This document shows positions 37,142 to 46,508 of a DNA stretch of 64,000 bases, piece after piece (the first letter of the stretch is position 1; every line of letters starts with the position of its first letter). The DNA comes from Dehalococcoidia bacterium (GTDB taxonomy: Bacteria; Chloroflexota; Dehalococcoidia; Lucifugimonadales; JADFKI01). Both the position numbers and the translations under genes were made by a program. The notes below the pieces were generated by a model that was not told the DNA's origin, searched no databases, and saw nothing but the letters and a program-made list of their open reading frames with translations. The stretch spans positions 251,385 through 315,384 of the forward strand of contig CBDESO010000003.1 of NCBI GenBank assembly GCA_965242555.1. Direction: 5' to 3'.

Positions 37142-37579
37142 ATGGTTTTCAGGGCGTATTGGGGGGCACTGAGGCAGTATGCGCGGGTTGACGGGCGCAC
37201 TGCGCGGGCGGAGTTCTGGGGGTTCGCGCTGGTTCATCTGGGGGTTTTGGCGGCGCTGCTGGTCGTGGGCGGGTTGATGGGGGCGGTTGTGGGCGTGAAT
37301 ACCACGGATTTGGTTACGACGGTGAATGTGCCGGCGCTGGTTATCACGATTAGCGTGCCGGCGGCGGTGTATTCGGTGGCGACGCTGCCGCCGACTATCG
37401 GGGTCGCGGTCAGGCGGCTGCATGACGCGGGCTATACGGGGTGGCTGACGCTGCTGTGGTTTGTGTCCATTCCGCCTTTTGGGCAGGTGATATTGGCGGT
37501 GTTTCTGCTGTTGCCAAGCGAGGTTGGGGATAATCGGTTTGGGGCGGATCCGCGTGGGGATGGCGCGGACGGCGGGTAG
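37142..37579 (+). CDS. DUF805 family inner-membrane protein, copy 6
   Basis: ALRQYARVDGRTARAEFWGF...RRLHDAGYTGW...PSEVGDNRFG. Confidence 0.8.
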   Translation: MVFRAYWGALRQYARVDGRTARAEFWGFALVHLGVLAALLVVGGLMGAVVGVNTTDLVTTVNVPALVITISVPAAVYSVATLPPTIGVAVRRLHDAGYTGWLTLLWFVSIPPFGQVILAVFLLLPSEVGDNRFGADPRGDGADGG

Positions 37580-37609
37580 ATAGGCGGCGCGCAGGGGCGA
37601 CGAGAGGGT

Positions 37610-37649
37610 CTTGCTTTTTTAGAAAAAGAGCAAGCAAAAGACTTTTGGG
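37610..37649 (+). repeat. Intergenic hairpin element (copy 6)
   Basis: CTTGCTTTTTTAGAAAAAGAGCAAGCAAAAGACTTTTGGG. Confidence 0.6.
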
Positions 37650-37753
37650 TGGGTGTGGATGGAGCGGGTTTGTGGTGTACAATTGTGTGCGATTGCATTG
37701 CCGTAGCCTTGAGCGCCGAGGCGCTATTCTAATGGACGGCGGCGGGGGAACTT

Positions 37754-39727
37754 ATGCCTGAGTTTCAGATAGTTTCGGATTTCGCGCCGACGGGGGATCA
37801 GCCGGGGGCTATCGCCAAGGCGTCGGCGGGGATTGAGGAGGGGCTGCGCCATCAGACGCTGCTGGGGGTTACGGGCAGCGGCAAGACTTTTACTATGGCG
37901 TGCATTATCGAGAAAGTTCAAAGGCCGACGCTGGTTATCGCGCATAACAAGACGCTGGCGGCGCAGTTGGCTACCGAGTTCAAGGAGTTTTTTCCCAAGA
38001 ACGCGGTGGAGTATTTCGTGAGCTACTACGATTACTATCAGCCGGAGGCGTATGTGCCGCGAACCGATACCTATATCGAGAAGGACGCGGACATCAATGA
38101 GGAGCTGGATAAGCTAAGGCACGCGGCGACTAGGGCGCTGCTCACGCGGCGCGATACGCTGATTGTGGCGTCGGTGTCGTGCATCTTCGGGCTTGGTTCG
38201 CCGGAGGAGTATCAGGGGTTCGTGGCGTACGTTCGGCGCGGGGAAGAGATGCCGCGCGGCCGGCTGGTCCGGCAGCTGGTGGATATGCAGTATGAGCGCA
38301 ACGATATGGATTTCGCTCGCGGGCGGTTCCGGGTGCGCGGGGATACGATGGAGATCCTGCCGGCGTATGAGGAGCTGGGGATCCGCATCGAGTTCTGGGG
38401 GGATGAGGTGGAGCGCATCGTGGTGGTGGATCCGCTGACGGGGGAGCTGCTGGGCGAGCGGGATGACATCGAGATTTATCCGGCGAAACATTTCGTCACA
38501 TCGCAGGAAAAGATGACGCTCGCCATCAAAGACATTGAGGCGGAGCTGGCGGAGCGGCTGGCGGAGCTGAAGGGGCAGGGCAAGCTGCTGGAGGCGGAGC
38601 GGCTGGCGTCTCGGACGCGGTATGATGTTGAGATGATGCAGGAAACGGGCTACTGCGCGGGGGTGGAAAACTATTCGCGGCATCTGGCGCGGCGCGAGGC
38701 GGGCAGCAAGCCCTACACGCTGATGGACTATTTCCCGCGGGATTACCTGCTGTTCGTGGACGAGTCGCATATGACGCTGCCGCAGATACGGGGGATGTTC
38801 CGGGGGGATCAGTCGCGCAAAGAGACGCTGGTGGAGTTCGGGTTCCGGCTGCCGTCGGCGCTTGATAATAGGCCCTTGAATTTCCCTGAATTTGAGCGGC
38901 ACATCAACCAAGCCGTGTTCGTATCGGCGACGCCGGGCCCGTATGAGCATGAGAATAGCCAAGCGGTGATAGAGCAGGTGATACGCCCCACGGGGCTGCT
39001 GGATCCGCCGGTGGAAGTGCTGCCGACCGAGGGGCAGATAGACGACCTGCTGCACCGGATACGCGAGCGCGTGGGCGCAGGGCAGCGCTGCCTGATTACC
39101 ACGCTGACCAAGCGGATGGCGGAGGAGCTGTCGGATTATCTGCGCGAGATGGGCGTCAAAGTGCATTATTTGCACTCGGAGATAGACACGCTGGAGCGCA
39201 GCGAGATACTGCGGGATTTGCGGCTGGGGGTGTATGACGTGGTTGTGGGGATAAACCTGCTGCGTGAGGGGATTGACTTGCCGGAGGTGAGCTTGGTGGC
39301 TATCCTGGACGCCGACAAAGAGGGCTATTTGCGGTCGCAGACGTCGTTGGTGCAGACGATAGGTCGGGCGGCGCGGCATGTGGACGGCAGCGTGGTGATG
39401 TACGCGGATCGTGTCACGGACTCGATGCGGCGGGCGATAGACGAGACCGAGCGGCGGCGGGCGATCCAAGAGGCGCACAACCGCGAGCACGGGATTACGC
39501 CGCAGGGCATCCGCAAGACGGTTCACGACATCACCGAGCGGGTAAAGGCGGTGGCGGAGGAAAGCGCCCCCTATGTAACGCACGGCGATTTGCCGCGCGA
39601 CGATGTGATGCGGCTAATCAAGGATTTGGAGTCGCAAATGAAGGCGGCGGCGCGCGGGCTGGAGTTTGAGAAGGCGGCGCTGTTGCGGGATCAGATTGTG
39701 GATTTGCGGAGGGTGGTGGCGGGCTGA
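37754..39727 (+). CDS. uvrB: Excinuclease ABC subunit B
   Basis: [44 protein letters not shown], and the C-terminal UVR motif [13 protein letters not shown]. Confidence 0.95.
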   Translation: MPEFQIVSDFAPTGDQPGAIAKASAGIEEGLRHQTLLGVTGSGKTFTMACIIEKVQRPTLVIAHNKTLAAQLATEFKEFFPKNAVEYFVSYYDYYQPEAYVPRTDTYIEKDADINEELDKLRHAATRALLTRRDTLIVASVSCIFGLGSPEEYQGFVAYVRRGEEMPRGRLVRQLVDMQYERNDMDFARGRFRVRGDTMEILPAYEELGIRIEFWGDEVERIVVVDPLTGELLGERDDIEIYPAKHFVTSQEKMTLAIKDIEAELAERLAELKGQGKLLEAERLASRTRYDVEMMQETGYCAGVENYSRHLARREAGSKPYTLMDYFPRDYLLFVDESHMTLPQIRGMFRGDQSRKETLVEFGFRLPSALDNRPLNFPEFERHINQAVFVSATPGPYEHENSQAVIEQVIRPTGLLDPPVEVLPTEGQIDDLLHRIRERVGAGQRCLITTLTKRMAEELSDYLREMGVKVHYLHSEIDTLERSEILRDLRLGVYDVVVGINLLREGIDLPEVSLVAILDADKEGYLRSQTSLVQTIGRAARHVDGSVVMYADRVTDSMRRAIDETERRRAIQEAHNREHGITPQGIRKTVHDITERVKAVAEESAPYVTHGDLPRDDVMRLIKDLESQMKAAARGLEFEKAALLRDQIVDLRRVVAG

Positions 39728-39837
39728 CGGGCTGTTCGCGGGTGGGCTGGCGCTACGCGGGCAACTGGGAATAGCGTAGGCTCTACGCGGGCAAGTGGGG
39801 ACGGCGTAGGCACTACGCGGACGTGATAAAAGGCGGC

Positions 39838-39873
39838 GCTACTTTTTGTGAAAAAGTAGGCACAACTTTTGGG
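39838..39873 (+). repeat. Intergenic hairpin element (copy 7, near-consensus)
   Basis: GCTACTTTTTGTGAAAAAGTAGGCACAACTTTTGGG. Confidence 0.6.
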
Positions 39874-39896
39874 GGCGAATGCGCTACAAGCGGTGG

Positions 39897-40730
39897 TTAT
39901 TCGCGGGGTGGTTGGCTGAGTTGGGCTTGGAGTTCGGCTAGGCGGGTTTCTAGGGCTTGGCGGGCGGCTTGTTCTTGCTCAGCGCGGGATTCGGCGGCTA
40001 AGCGGGCGGCTTGTTCTTGGTCGGCGCGGGATTCGGCGGCTAAGCGGCCGGCTTGTTCCTGGTCGGCGCGGGATTCGGCGGCCAAGCGGCCGGCACGTTC
40101 TGCCAACCGCTGCTCGTGTTCGTCCTCATAGTTGAGCAGCCACTCTTCGGCGACGGGATCCCAGTAGCGCAGGTCGCCGGCGTCCCAGTAGAGGGCTAGG
40201 TTCAATGCGGGGCTGTGGGCCCAGACGCGGCCGTCGTCGTCTTCGCGCATCTGCAAGGGCTGATACTCGCCGTTGACTAGACGCTCGCCTACCAAGGGAT
40301 CGCCGTAGAAGTCGCCGCCGGTCTGGTCGTAGCGCCAGTATTCGGGTATGCCCAGTTCGGCGTACAAGGCGCGCTTGCCGATGAGGTCGTTGGATTTGGT
40401 GCTTTTTGAGGCTATCTCCATTACGAAGTCGGGGGGCTTGCCTACTTCCCATAGCAGGTAGGTGTTGTTGCCCTCCTCCGATAGGGAATGTATTGCCTCA
40501 GGCGTAATGCCGAACACTACATAGCAGTCGGGGGATACCGATTGGTTGGGGTCGCCCTCTACATAGTAGAGGAGGGTGTTGCCGTTGACATGAGATCCCG
40601 GGACTTCTCTGAAGTGGTTTTCCAGCGGGGTGAGGGCTTTTCTGAAGATGAGGGATTGGTATTCTCCGTCGGGCATGGGCTGACCGTCCGTTTCCGGGTA
40701 GATGATGGCGGTTTGGGTTTGGGTGGTCAT
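39897..40730 (-). CDS. Uma2-family endonuclease with repeat-containing coiled-coil tail
   Basis: GKPPDFVMEIASKSTKSNDLIGKRALYAELGIPEYWRYDQTGG. The tail carries three copies of AGRLAAESRADQEQ. Confidence 0.8.
   Translation of the reverse strand: MTTQTQTAIIYPETDGQPMPDGEYQSLIFRKALTPLENHFREVPGSHVNGNTLLYYVEGDPNQSVSPDCYVVFGITPEAIHSLSEEGNNTYLLWEVGKPPDFVMEIASKSTKSNDLIGKRALYAELGIPEYWRYDQTGGDFYGDPLVGERLVNGEYQPLQMREDDDGRVWAHSPALNLALYWDAGDLRYWDPVAEEWLLNYEDEHEQRLAERAGRLAAESRADQEQAGRLAAESRADQEQAARLAAESRAEQEQAARQALETRLAELQAQLSQPPRE
39966..40091 (-). repeat. 42-bp tandem coding repeat x3 (14-aa units) in the Uma2 tail
   Basis: ggcttgttcttg(c/g)tc(a/g)gcgcgggattcggcggc(t/c)aagcgg(g/c)c repeated at 39966, 40008 and 40050. 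Confidence 0.75.
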
Positions 40731-40802
40731 GGGGGTACCTCCTAGCGCAAGGGGTATTGTAGCATAGGCGCGGGGGTTAGGCGCGGCGGGATTGGAGGGC
40801 GC

Positions 40803-40835
40803 GTTACTTTTGGGAAAAGGTGGGCAAAGCTTTGG
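40803..40835 (+). repeat. Intergenic hairpin element (copy 8)
   Basis: GTTACTTTTGGGAAAAGGTGGGCAAAGCTTTGG. Confidence 0.5.
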
Positions 40836-40883
40836 TGTGTGTTGCGAGCGGTGGTTATTCGCGGGGCGGTTGGCGCAGTTGGG

Positions 40884-42836
40884 CTAGGCGTGATTCGGCT
40901 GCTTGGCGCAGGGGCGGCTAGTTGGATGTCGGGGTCGGACTGGGGCAACGTCGGGGTCAAGATGATCGGGGTAGCAGCTTTGATTAGCCGCGTCATCGCT
41001 ATTCGTGCCGTCTGGGCAGGTGGTGTCGTCCCAATCGACTTCCTCTATATCGCCCGCCTGTAGCATATTCTTCGCGCCCTCCAGATCGGCGTCATCGAAC
41101 TCGGCGTCGTTCACGCTGGTGTTTCGGAAATCGGCGCCGGGGAAGTCGGAGTTGGGGAATTTGGCGTCGTCCAAAGTGGCGCCCTCGAAGTCCACGTCGT
41201 CGAACTTGCAGTTCATAAAGATGGCGTCGGTCATGATGGCGTCATGGAGGATGGAACTATCGAAATCCACCCGCTCCCACCTGACTTTGGACATATCCAC
41301 ACCCGTCATATCCGCCTTGAGGAATTTCGTCTTCGTATCCACGATGGCGCTCGTCAGGTCAACCTTGTCCATTTTGGTGTCTTCCAACACCGCGCCGGAC
41401 AGGTCGGTCTTGTCCAAAGTGGCGGTTCGCAGGTCAGCGTCTTCCAGGATGGCGTTAATCAGCGATGAGTTGGACAAGTCGGCGTCGATAAAGCCCACGC
41501 CGCTGAGATCTATGCCCTCGTTGAATGCGACGTTGGTCAGTATCGCGCCCCTGAACTTGGCGGCGTTGTTCTTTTTGGCGTTTGTGGTTGCCCTAATGCG
41601 GGCGTCTGTGAGATTGACGCTGTCCATCTCGGCGCGCGTGAACTTGGTTTCGGTGATGTCCGCGCCGCTGAGGTTGGCGTTGTTCAGAATAGCGTCGGTC
41701 ATGTCTGTTTGCTTGAGGTTGGCGTTTGAGAGGTTGGCGCCGGTGAAGTTCGCCTTTCTGAGGTTGGAGTTGGTGATGATTGCGCCCGTTAGGTTGGCGT
41801 TGGCGAGGTCTTTTTCGGACCAGTCAACGCTGTTGAAAACGCAACCGATGAGGTCTGTGCCGGGGCCGATTTCGGCGCAGGGTTCGCGCGCGCCGGTGGC
41901 TGTGGGCTCAGGCGTGGGCGTGGATTCGAGAGCGGGAGTAGGCGGATTAGGCGTGGCAGTGGGCGTAGGCGTAGGCGTAGCGGGCGGCGCGCCTGCCACG
42001 GTTCCGTCCTCAAGATGCGCTACTCTGGTTGCCAGAATAGCGACCTGATTTTTGAGATCCGCCAGTTCCGCGAGCTGCGTTTCAAGCGCGATAAGCCTGG
42101 ATAGAAGGGCATCGTAGGACGCCGGAGTCGCGGTGGGCATGGGGGTTGAGGTGGATGCGGGCGTTGGCGCGGCAGCGCAAATTGGCAACGCAAGCCGCCT
42201 TATCTCCGCGCTGCCCAAAGGCAGGCGCAAGGATTGGGGAATACAACCCGTGAACCGATTGCCGTGGAGACGCAAACCATCAGAGCGCTCGAGGTTGGAA
42301 AGGTTGCCTAACTCGGAGGGAATCACGCCGGACAGGTCATTGTTTTCGAGATTCAATGCCTCAAGACTGGCAAGGTTGCCCAACTCGGAGGGGATCTCGC
42401 CCGTCAGGGCATTGTTTGCGAGATCCAATGCCCGAAGGCTGGCAAGGTTGCCCAACGCGGAAGGAATCGCGCCATTCAAGGATCTATCCGGCAAAGACAA
42501 TCTTGTTACGCGATTGTGTTCTATGGTTACGCCGCCCCAATCGCTAATGCGAATATCCGCCGACCAGTTTAGGTTGCCGCTCGCGCCTGCAAGCGTATCC
42601 TTTAAGGCGAGCAACGTGGCGCAGTCTTCCACAAGGCCGGGGTTGTATGCAAGGTTTGGCGCGGCTATGCCGTTGGAGCATTGCTCGGTGTACTGGGCGG
42701 GCATGGCGCGAGCCGATGCGTCCGCGTTAAGAGCGATTGCTCCGCCCGCGCCGGTCATCAGCAGCGAAACCGCTACCACTGACAGCGCCGCAACCAACGC
42801 TAGGGCGGCTGTTATTCTGATTGCGCGCTTGGACAT
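40884..42836 (-). CDS. Secreted LRR + coiled-coil + PT-linker + pentapeptide-repeat fusion protein
   Basis: Signal-like MSKRAIRITAALALVAALSVVAV (alternative upstream ATG at 42914). Plant-type LRRs (LxxLxLxxNxLxGxIPSELGNLxxL), [17 protein letters not shown], then over 250 aa of A(D/N)LxX pentapeptide repeats. Confidence 0.75.
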   Translation of the reverse strand: MSKRAIRITAALALVAALSVVAVSLLMTGAGGAIALNADASARAMPAQYTEQCSNGIAAPNLAYNPGLVEDCATLLALKDTLAGASGNLNWSADIRISDWGGVTIEHNRVTRLSLPDRSLNGAIPSALGNLASLRALDLANNALTGEIPSELGNLASLEALNLENNDLSGVIPSELGNLSNLERSDGLRLHGNRFTGCIPQSLRLPLGSAEIRRLALPICAAAPTPASTSTPMPTATPASYDALLSRLIALETQLAELADLKNQVAILATRVAHLEDGTVAGAPPATPTPTPTATPNPPTPALESTPTPEPTATGAREPCAEIGPGTDLIGCVFNSVDWSEKDLANANLTGAIITNSNLRKANFTGANLSNANLKQTDMTDAILNNANLSGADITETKFTRAEMDSVNLTDARIRATTNAKKNNAAKFRGAILTNVAFNEGIDLSGVGFIDADLSNSSLINAILEDADLRTATLDKTDLSGAVLEDTKMDKVDLTSAIVDTKTKFLKADMTGVDMSKVRWERVDFDSSILHDAIMTDAIFMNCKFDDVDFEGATLDDAKFPNSDFPGADFRNTSVNDAEFDDADLEGAKNMLQAGDIEEVDWDDTTCPDGTNSDDAANQSCYPDHLDPDVAPVRPRHPTSRPCAKQPNHA

Positions 42837-42981
42837 AGAGGGCTTGTTGTTCACTCGGTTATTACCTCGCGCTTGTTTGTTGGCGTGAGGGGACGCGGCG
42901 CATCTGCGTGGCATTCGGTTTAGATATGGTTATTGGGGCAAGTATAACAGCAAAGGTTGGCTTATGGATGGATGTGCGGGG

Positions 42982-43017
42982 TTCTATTTTGGGGAAAAGT
43001 AGGTAAAAACTTTTGGG
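42982..43017 (+). repeat. Intergenic hairpin element (copy 9)
   Basis: TTCTATTTTGGGGAAAAGTAGGTAAAAACTTTTGGG. Confidence 0.55.
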
Positions 43018-43039
43018 ATGGTGGCGTTGCGAGCGGTGG

Positions 43040-43897
43040 TTATTCGCGGGGCGGTTGGCGGAGTTGGGCTTGGAGTTCGGCTAGGCGGGATTCTAGGGCT
43101 TGGCGTGCGGCTTGCTCCTCTAAACGCGCGGCTTGCTCTTGGGCGATGCGGGATTCGGCGGCTTGGGCGCGGTCTTCAGCGGCCTCGCGCGCGGCTTGCT
43201 CTGCCAAACGGCCGGCTTGTTCTTGGTCGGCGCGGGATTCGGCTACTTCCGCGCGCTCTTCGGCTGCCAGTCGCCCGACGTGATCTTCTTCGTGGTTGCG
43301 TAGCCACTTTTCGGCGACGGGATCCCAGAAACGCAGATCGCCGTCGTCCCAGTATAGGTCTAGGTTCAACGCGTCGCTGCGCGCCCATATGCGGCCGTCT
43401 TCGTCTTCGCGCATTTGTAGCGGCTGATATTCGCTGTCAACTAAACGCTCGCCGACAAGCGGCTCGCCGTAGAAGTCGCCGCCGGTCTGGTCGTAGCGCC
43501 AGTATTCGCCTATGCCCAAGCTCGCGTACAATGCGCGCTTGCCGGTGAGGTCGTTGGACTTAGTGCTATATGACGCTACCTCCAGCACGAAGTCGGGCGG
43601 CTTGCCCACTTCCCAAAGGCGATAGGTGTTGTTGCGGTTTATGTTTTCCTGTTGCTCCGGGGACAATCCCGTAGCCACATAGCAGTCGGGGGAGACGGAT
43701 ATGTTGGGGTTGCCCTCTATGTAGTATAGGAATGTGTTGCCGTTGACGCGGACGGCGGGGGAGTGGCGGAAGTGCGTGCGGAGCGTGGTGAGCGCGTCCG
43801 CTTGTATGGGGGCTTGGTATTCTCCGTCGGGCATGGGTTGACCGTCCGATTCTGGGTAGATGATGGCGGTTTGTTGGATAGCAGTTTGGGTGGTCAT
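43040..43897 (-). CDS. Uma2-family endonuclease with coiled-coil tail
   Basis: GKPPDFVLEVASYSTKSNDLTGKRALYASLGIGEYWRYDQTGG. Ala/Glu/Arg-rich tail ending LAELQAQLRQPPRE. Confidence 0.8.
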   Translation of the reverse strand: MTTQTAIQQTAIIYPESDGQPMPDGEYQAPIQADALTTLRTHFRHSPAVRVNGNTFLYYIEGNPNISVSPDCYVATGLSPEQQENINRNNTYRLWEVGKPPDFVLEVASYSTKSNDLTGKRALYASLGIGEYWRYDQTGGDFYGEPLVGERLVDSEYQPLQMREDEDGRIWARSDALNLDLYWDDGDLRFWDPVAEKWLRNHEEDHVGRLAAEERAEVAESRADQEQAGRLAEQAAREAAEDRAQAAESRIAQEQAARLEEQAARQALESRLAELQAQLRQPPRE

Positions 43898-43966
43898 TGA
43901 GGATACCTCCTAGCGCAAGGGGTATTGTAGCATATAGGCGGGGGTTAAGGCGCAGGGCGCTGGGAT

Positions 43967-44002
43967 GCTACTTTTTCCCAAAAGTAGGCAACAACTTTTG
44001 GG
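43967..44002 (+). repeat. Intergenic hairpin element (copy 10)
   Basis: GCTACTTTTTCCCAAAAGTAGGCAACAACTTTTGGG. Confidence 0.6.
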
Positions 44003-44080
44003 TTAGGGTGGATTAGCCGAATGTTACTCGGCTAGAAATCAAATTGCGATTGGGCGGTTGGGTATTCGGGCAACTAGGCG

Positions 44081-45577
44081 CTAGTCCATGGCTTTGCCCC
44101 GCGTTTGGCGAAGGGCGAATTCTTCTTCGGGCGAGTGGACTAGGCGGCGGCGGCCGCCCAAGGCGAAGTAGAGCAAGCCCGCCGCGAACCAGAGGCCGCA
44201 GCCGTATATGCCAACACGATAGTCGGGGTTTAGGAATAGGAATAGCAGCGTCGCCAAGGCTATGAGGGCGGCGAATAGGGCGCCGGGGTTTCCCAAAGGG
44301 CTGACATAAGGGCGGGCTATGCGGGGGAAGTTTCGGCGCAGGCGGATGAAGGCTATCATTTGCATTATGTAGGCGATTACCGCGCCGAATACCGCCATGT
44401 TCAAGAGGACGGCGGCTACGGGGACGTCCGCGCCCAGCAGGTCGTCGGCGAATTCTATCGCCAATGCGACGCAGTAGCCTATGAGGGCGCCGGCTATGAG
44501 CGCGATGTGGGGCGTTTTGCGGCGCGGCAGGGTTACCGATAGCCAGCGGGGGAGGTAGCCGGAGCGCGATAGCGAGTAGATGTTGCGCCCGTAGGCGTAG
44601 ATGATGGTGTGGAAACTGGCGACTAGCCCGGCGACGGCGGCTAGGGCGAGCAGCGACGTGGCTATGCCGCCGCCGAATATGGTGGTGAACGCCAAGAATA
44701 GCGGCTCGTCGGAGCGGCCGACTTCGGATGCGCCGGGCGGGATGCCTGCGTTCAAGAATAGCGTTAGCGCGGATGCGATTATGAGCGTCAGGATGCCCCA
44801 CAGCAGCGCTTTGGGCATATCGCGCTGCGGGTTGCGGGATTCTTCGGCGGCAAGCGGGAGTTGCTCTATCGCCAAGTAGAACCAGATTGCGAAGGGCAGC
44901 GCCTGCGCTATGCCCGCCAAGCCGAAGGGCAGAAAACGCGAGTTGTCCCCAACGGGGGCTATGTTGAGCGCGTTGTCCCAGCTGAAGTGGGGGATTGCGC
45001 CTATCCAGAATATCGCCAGGATCGCCAAGGCAACGATGGTGATGGCTACCGAGAATTTGAAGGTCGCCTCTACGCCTACGATGTTCAATCCCACGAACAG
45101 CGCGTAGAAGGCGAGCCACCATACCGGCGCGGGTATGTCAACGCCGAATGAGCCGCTGAACACCGCGCCCATATAGCCGCCGATGCCGACCACGATGACG
45201 GCGGGGGTTAGGATGTATTCCATATTTTCGGCGAGGCCGGTGATGAATCCGCCCCACGGGCCCATCGCGGTGCGCCCGAATGAGTACGCGCCGCCGGTGT
45301 GCGGCAGCGCGGGGGACATTTCGGCGATGGAATAGCATATCCCCAAGTACATCAGCGCTACGATGAGGGTGGCTATGGCAAGCCCGCCGAATCCGCCGGC
45401 GCCGAGGCCGAAGTTCCAGCCAAAGAAGTCGCCGGATATGACGGCGCCCACGCCCAGCGCCCACAGCGAGCCCACGCCGGCGTAGCGGCGCAGGCCGCGG
45501 CGGGCGAAGTAGCTCGCGTCCGTGGCCTGGTATTGGATGGAGCCGTGGCGGCGGTTGTCTTGGTCTTGTTCGCTCAA
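44081..45577 (-). CDS. APC-superfamily amino-acid/ethanolamine permease
   Basis: LWALGVGAVISGDFFGWNFGL, AEMSPALPHTGGAYSF and ~12 helices. Confidence 0.8.
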   Translation of the reverse strand: MSEQDQDNRRHGSIQYQATDASYFARRGLRRYAGVGSLWALGVGAVISGDFFGWNFGLGAGGFGGLAIATLIVALMYLGICYSIAEMSPALPHTGGAYSFGRTAMGPWGGFITGLAENMEYILTPAVIVVGIGGYMGAVFSGSFGVDIPAPVWWLAFYALFVGLNIVGVEATFKFSVAITIVALAILAIFWIGAIPHFSWDNALNIAPVGDNSRFLPFGLAGIAQALPFAIWFYLAIEQLPLAAEESRNPQRDMPKALLWGILTLIIASALTLFLNAGIPPGASEVGRSDEPLFLAFTTIFGGGIATSLLALAAVAGLVASFHTIIYAYGRNIYSLSRSGYLPRWLSVTLPRRKTPHIALIAGALIGYCVALAIEFADDLLGADVPVAAVLLNMAVFGAVIAYIMQMIAFIRLRRNFPRIARPYVSPLGNPGALFAALIALATLLFLFLNPDYRVGIYGCGLWFAAGLLYFALGGRRRLVHSPEEEFALRQTRGKAMD

Positions 45578-45684
45578 AGCGGGATGCGCCTCGCGTATGG
45601 GTATGCCGATTTAATGGTAGAGAGTCGTATGGCGGGGCGCAAGTGGGTTATCCTCAGCCCATCCTAAACCCTATCCCATCGCCG

Positions 45685-46230
45685 CTAAGGCAGCCTTGCC
45701 ATATCCTCTGTGGGTTCTACCTCGAAGGCGTTTAAGGCGCAGGCGAGCATCCCGTAGTAGCCGATGGTCGCTGTGAGTTCGGTTACGCCTTGCTCGCCTA
45801 GCGCTGATTTTGCGGCTGTGAAGGTGGCGTCGGATACGCGATGCTGTCGCAGCAGCTCGCGGCCGTAGCGCACTATCATGGCATCGTCCGGCGTTAGGGC
45901 TGACAAGTCTTCGTTGTTGGCTACGGCTTGTATCGCGGCATCCGGGACGCCGGCATTGCGGGCGAGGGGTTCGTGCGCCCCCCATTCGTAGGCGCAGTCG
46001 AACTCGCGGGCGGCGGTGATGATCGCTAGTTCGCGCTGCGCCGCCGTTAGGGTGGATTCAAAGCGGATGTACGCGCCAAGATGCGCGGCGCGGCCGGCTA
46101 TATCAGGGCTGTTTAGCAGCGCCGAGAATGGGCCGCTTACTCGCCCGCGGCTCTCGGCTATCGCGTCAAACAAGTCTCGCTTGTCTGCCGCGACCTGATC
46201 TCGCTCGGTAATTCGCGTTATGCGTGGCAT
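45685..46230 (-). CDS. Carboxymuconolactone decarboxylase (AhpD-like) family protein
   Basis: Starts at MPRITRI (internal ATG of ORF 45685..46491). RELAIITAAREFDCAYEWGAHEPLARNAGV. Confidence 0.6.
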   Translation of the reverse strand: MPRITRITERDQVAADKRDLFDAIAESRGRVSGPFSALLNSPDIAGRAAHLGAYIRFESTLTAAQRELAIITAAREFDCAYEWGAHEPLARNAGVPDAAIQAVANNEDLSALTPDDAMIVRYGRELLRQHRVSDATFTAAKSALGEQGVTELTATIGYYGMLACALNAFEVEPTEDMARLP

Positions 46231-46508
46231 ATAAAACCTCCGTTTGCGCCGTGATGCGCTTGCTGATGTTGCCGTTTCTTTCGCGCTCCGGCTTGCGTAT
46301 GTCGCAGCAATGCGCGTATCGCAAGCAGAGCGGCGAATTCTTAACCCCGCTATTGTAGCGCAAATCGTATGCGCCGCGTGTACAATGTCCATATCTCTAG
46401 CGAACACGCGGCGCGAGCGGGTGGCGCAAGTGGGCGTGAATCGGGCGTTGCGGCGGCGCGGGCGATGCGCGGGCAATGCGCGGACGCGCATACGGGAGTG
46501 ATGCGGCT

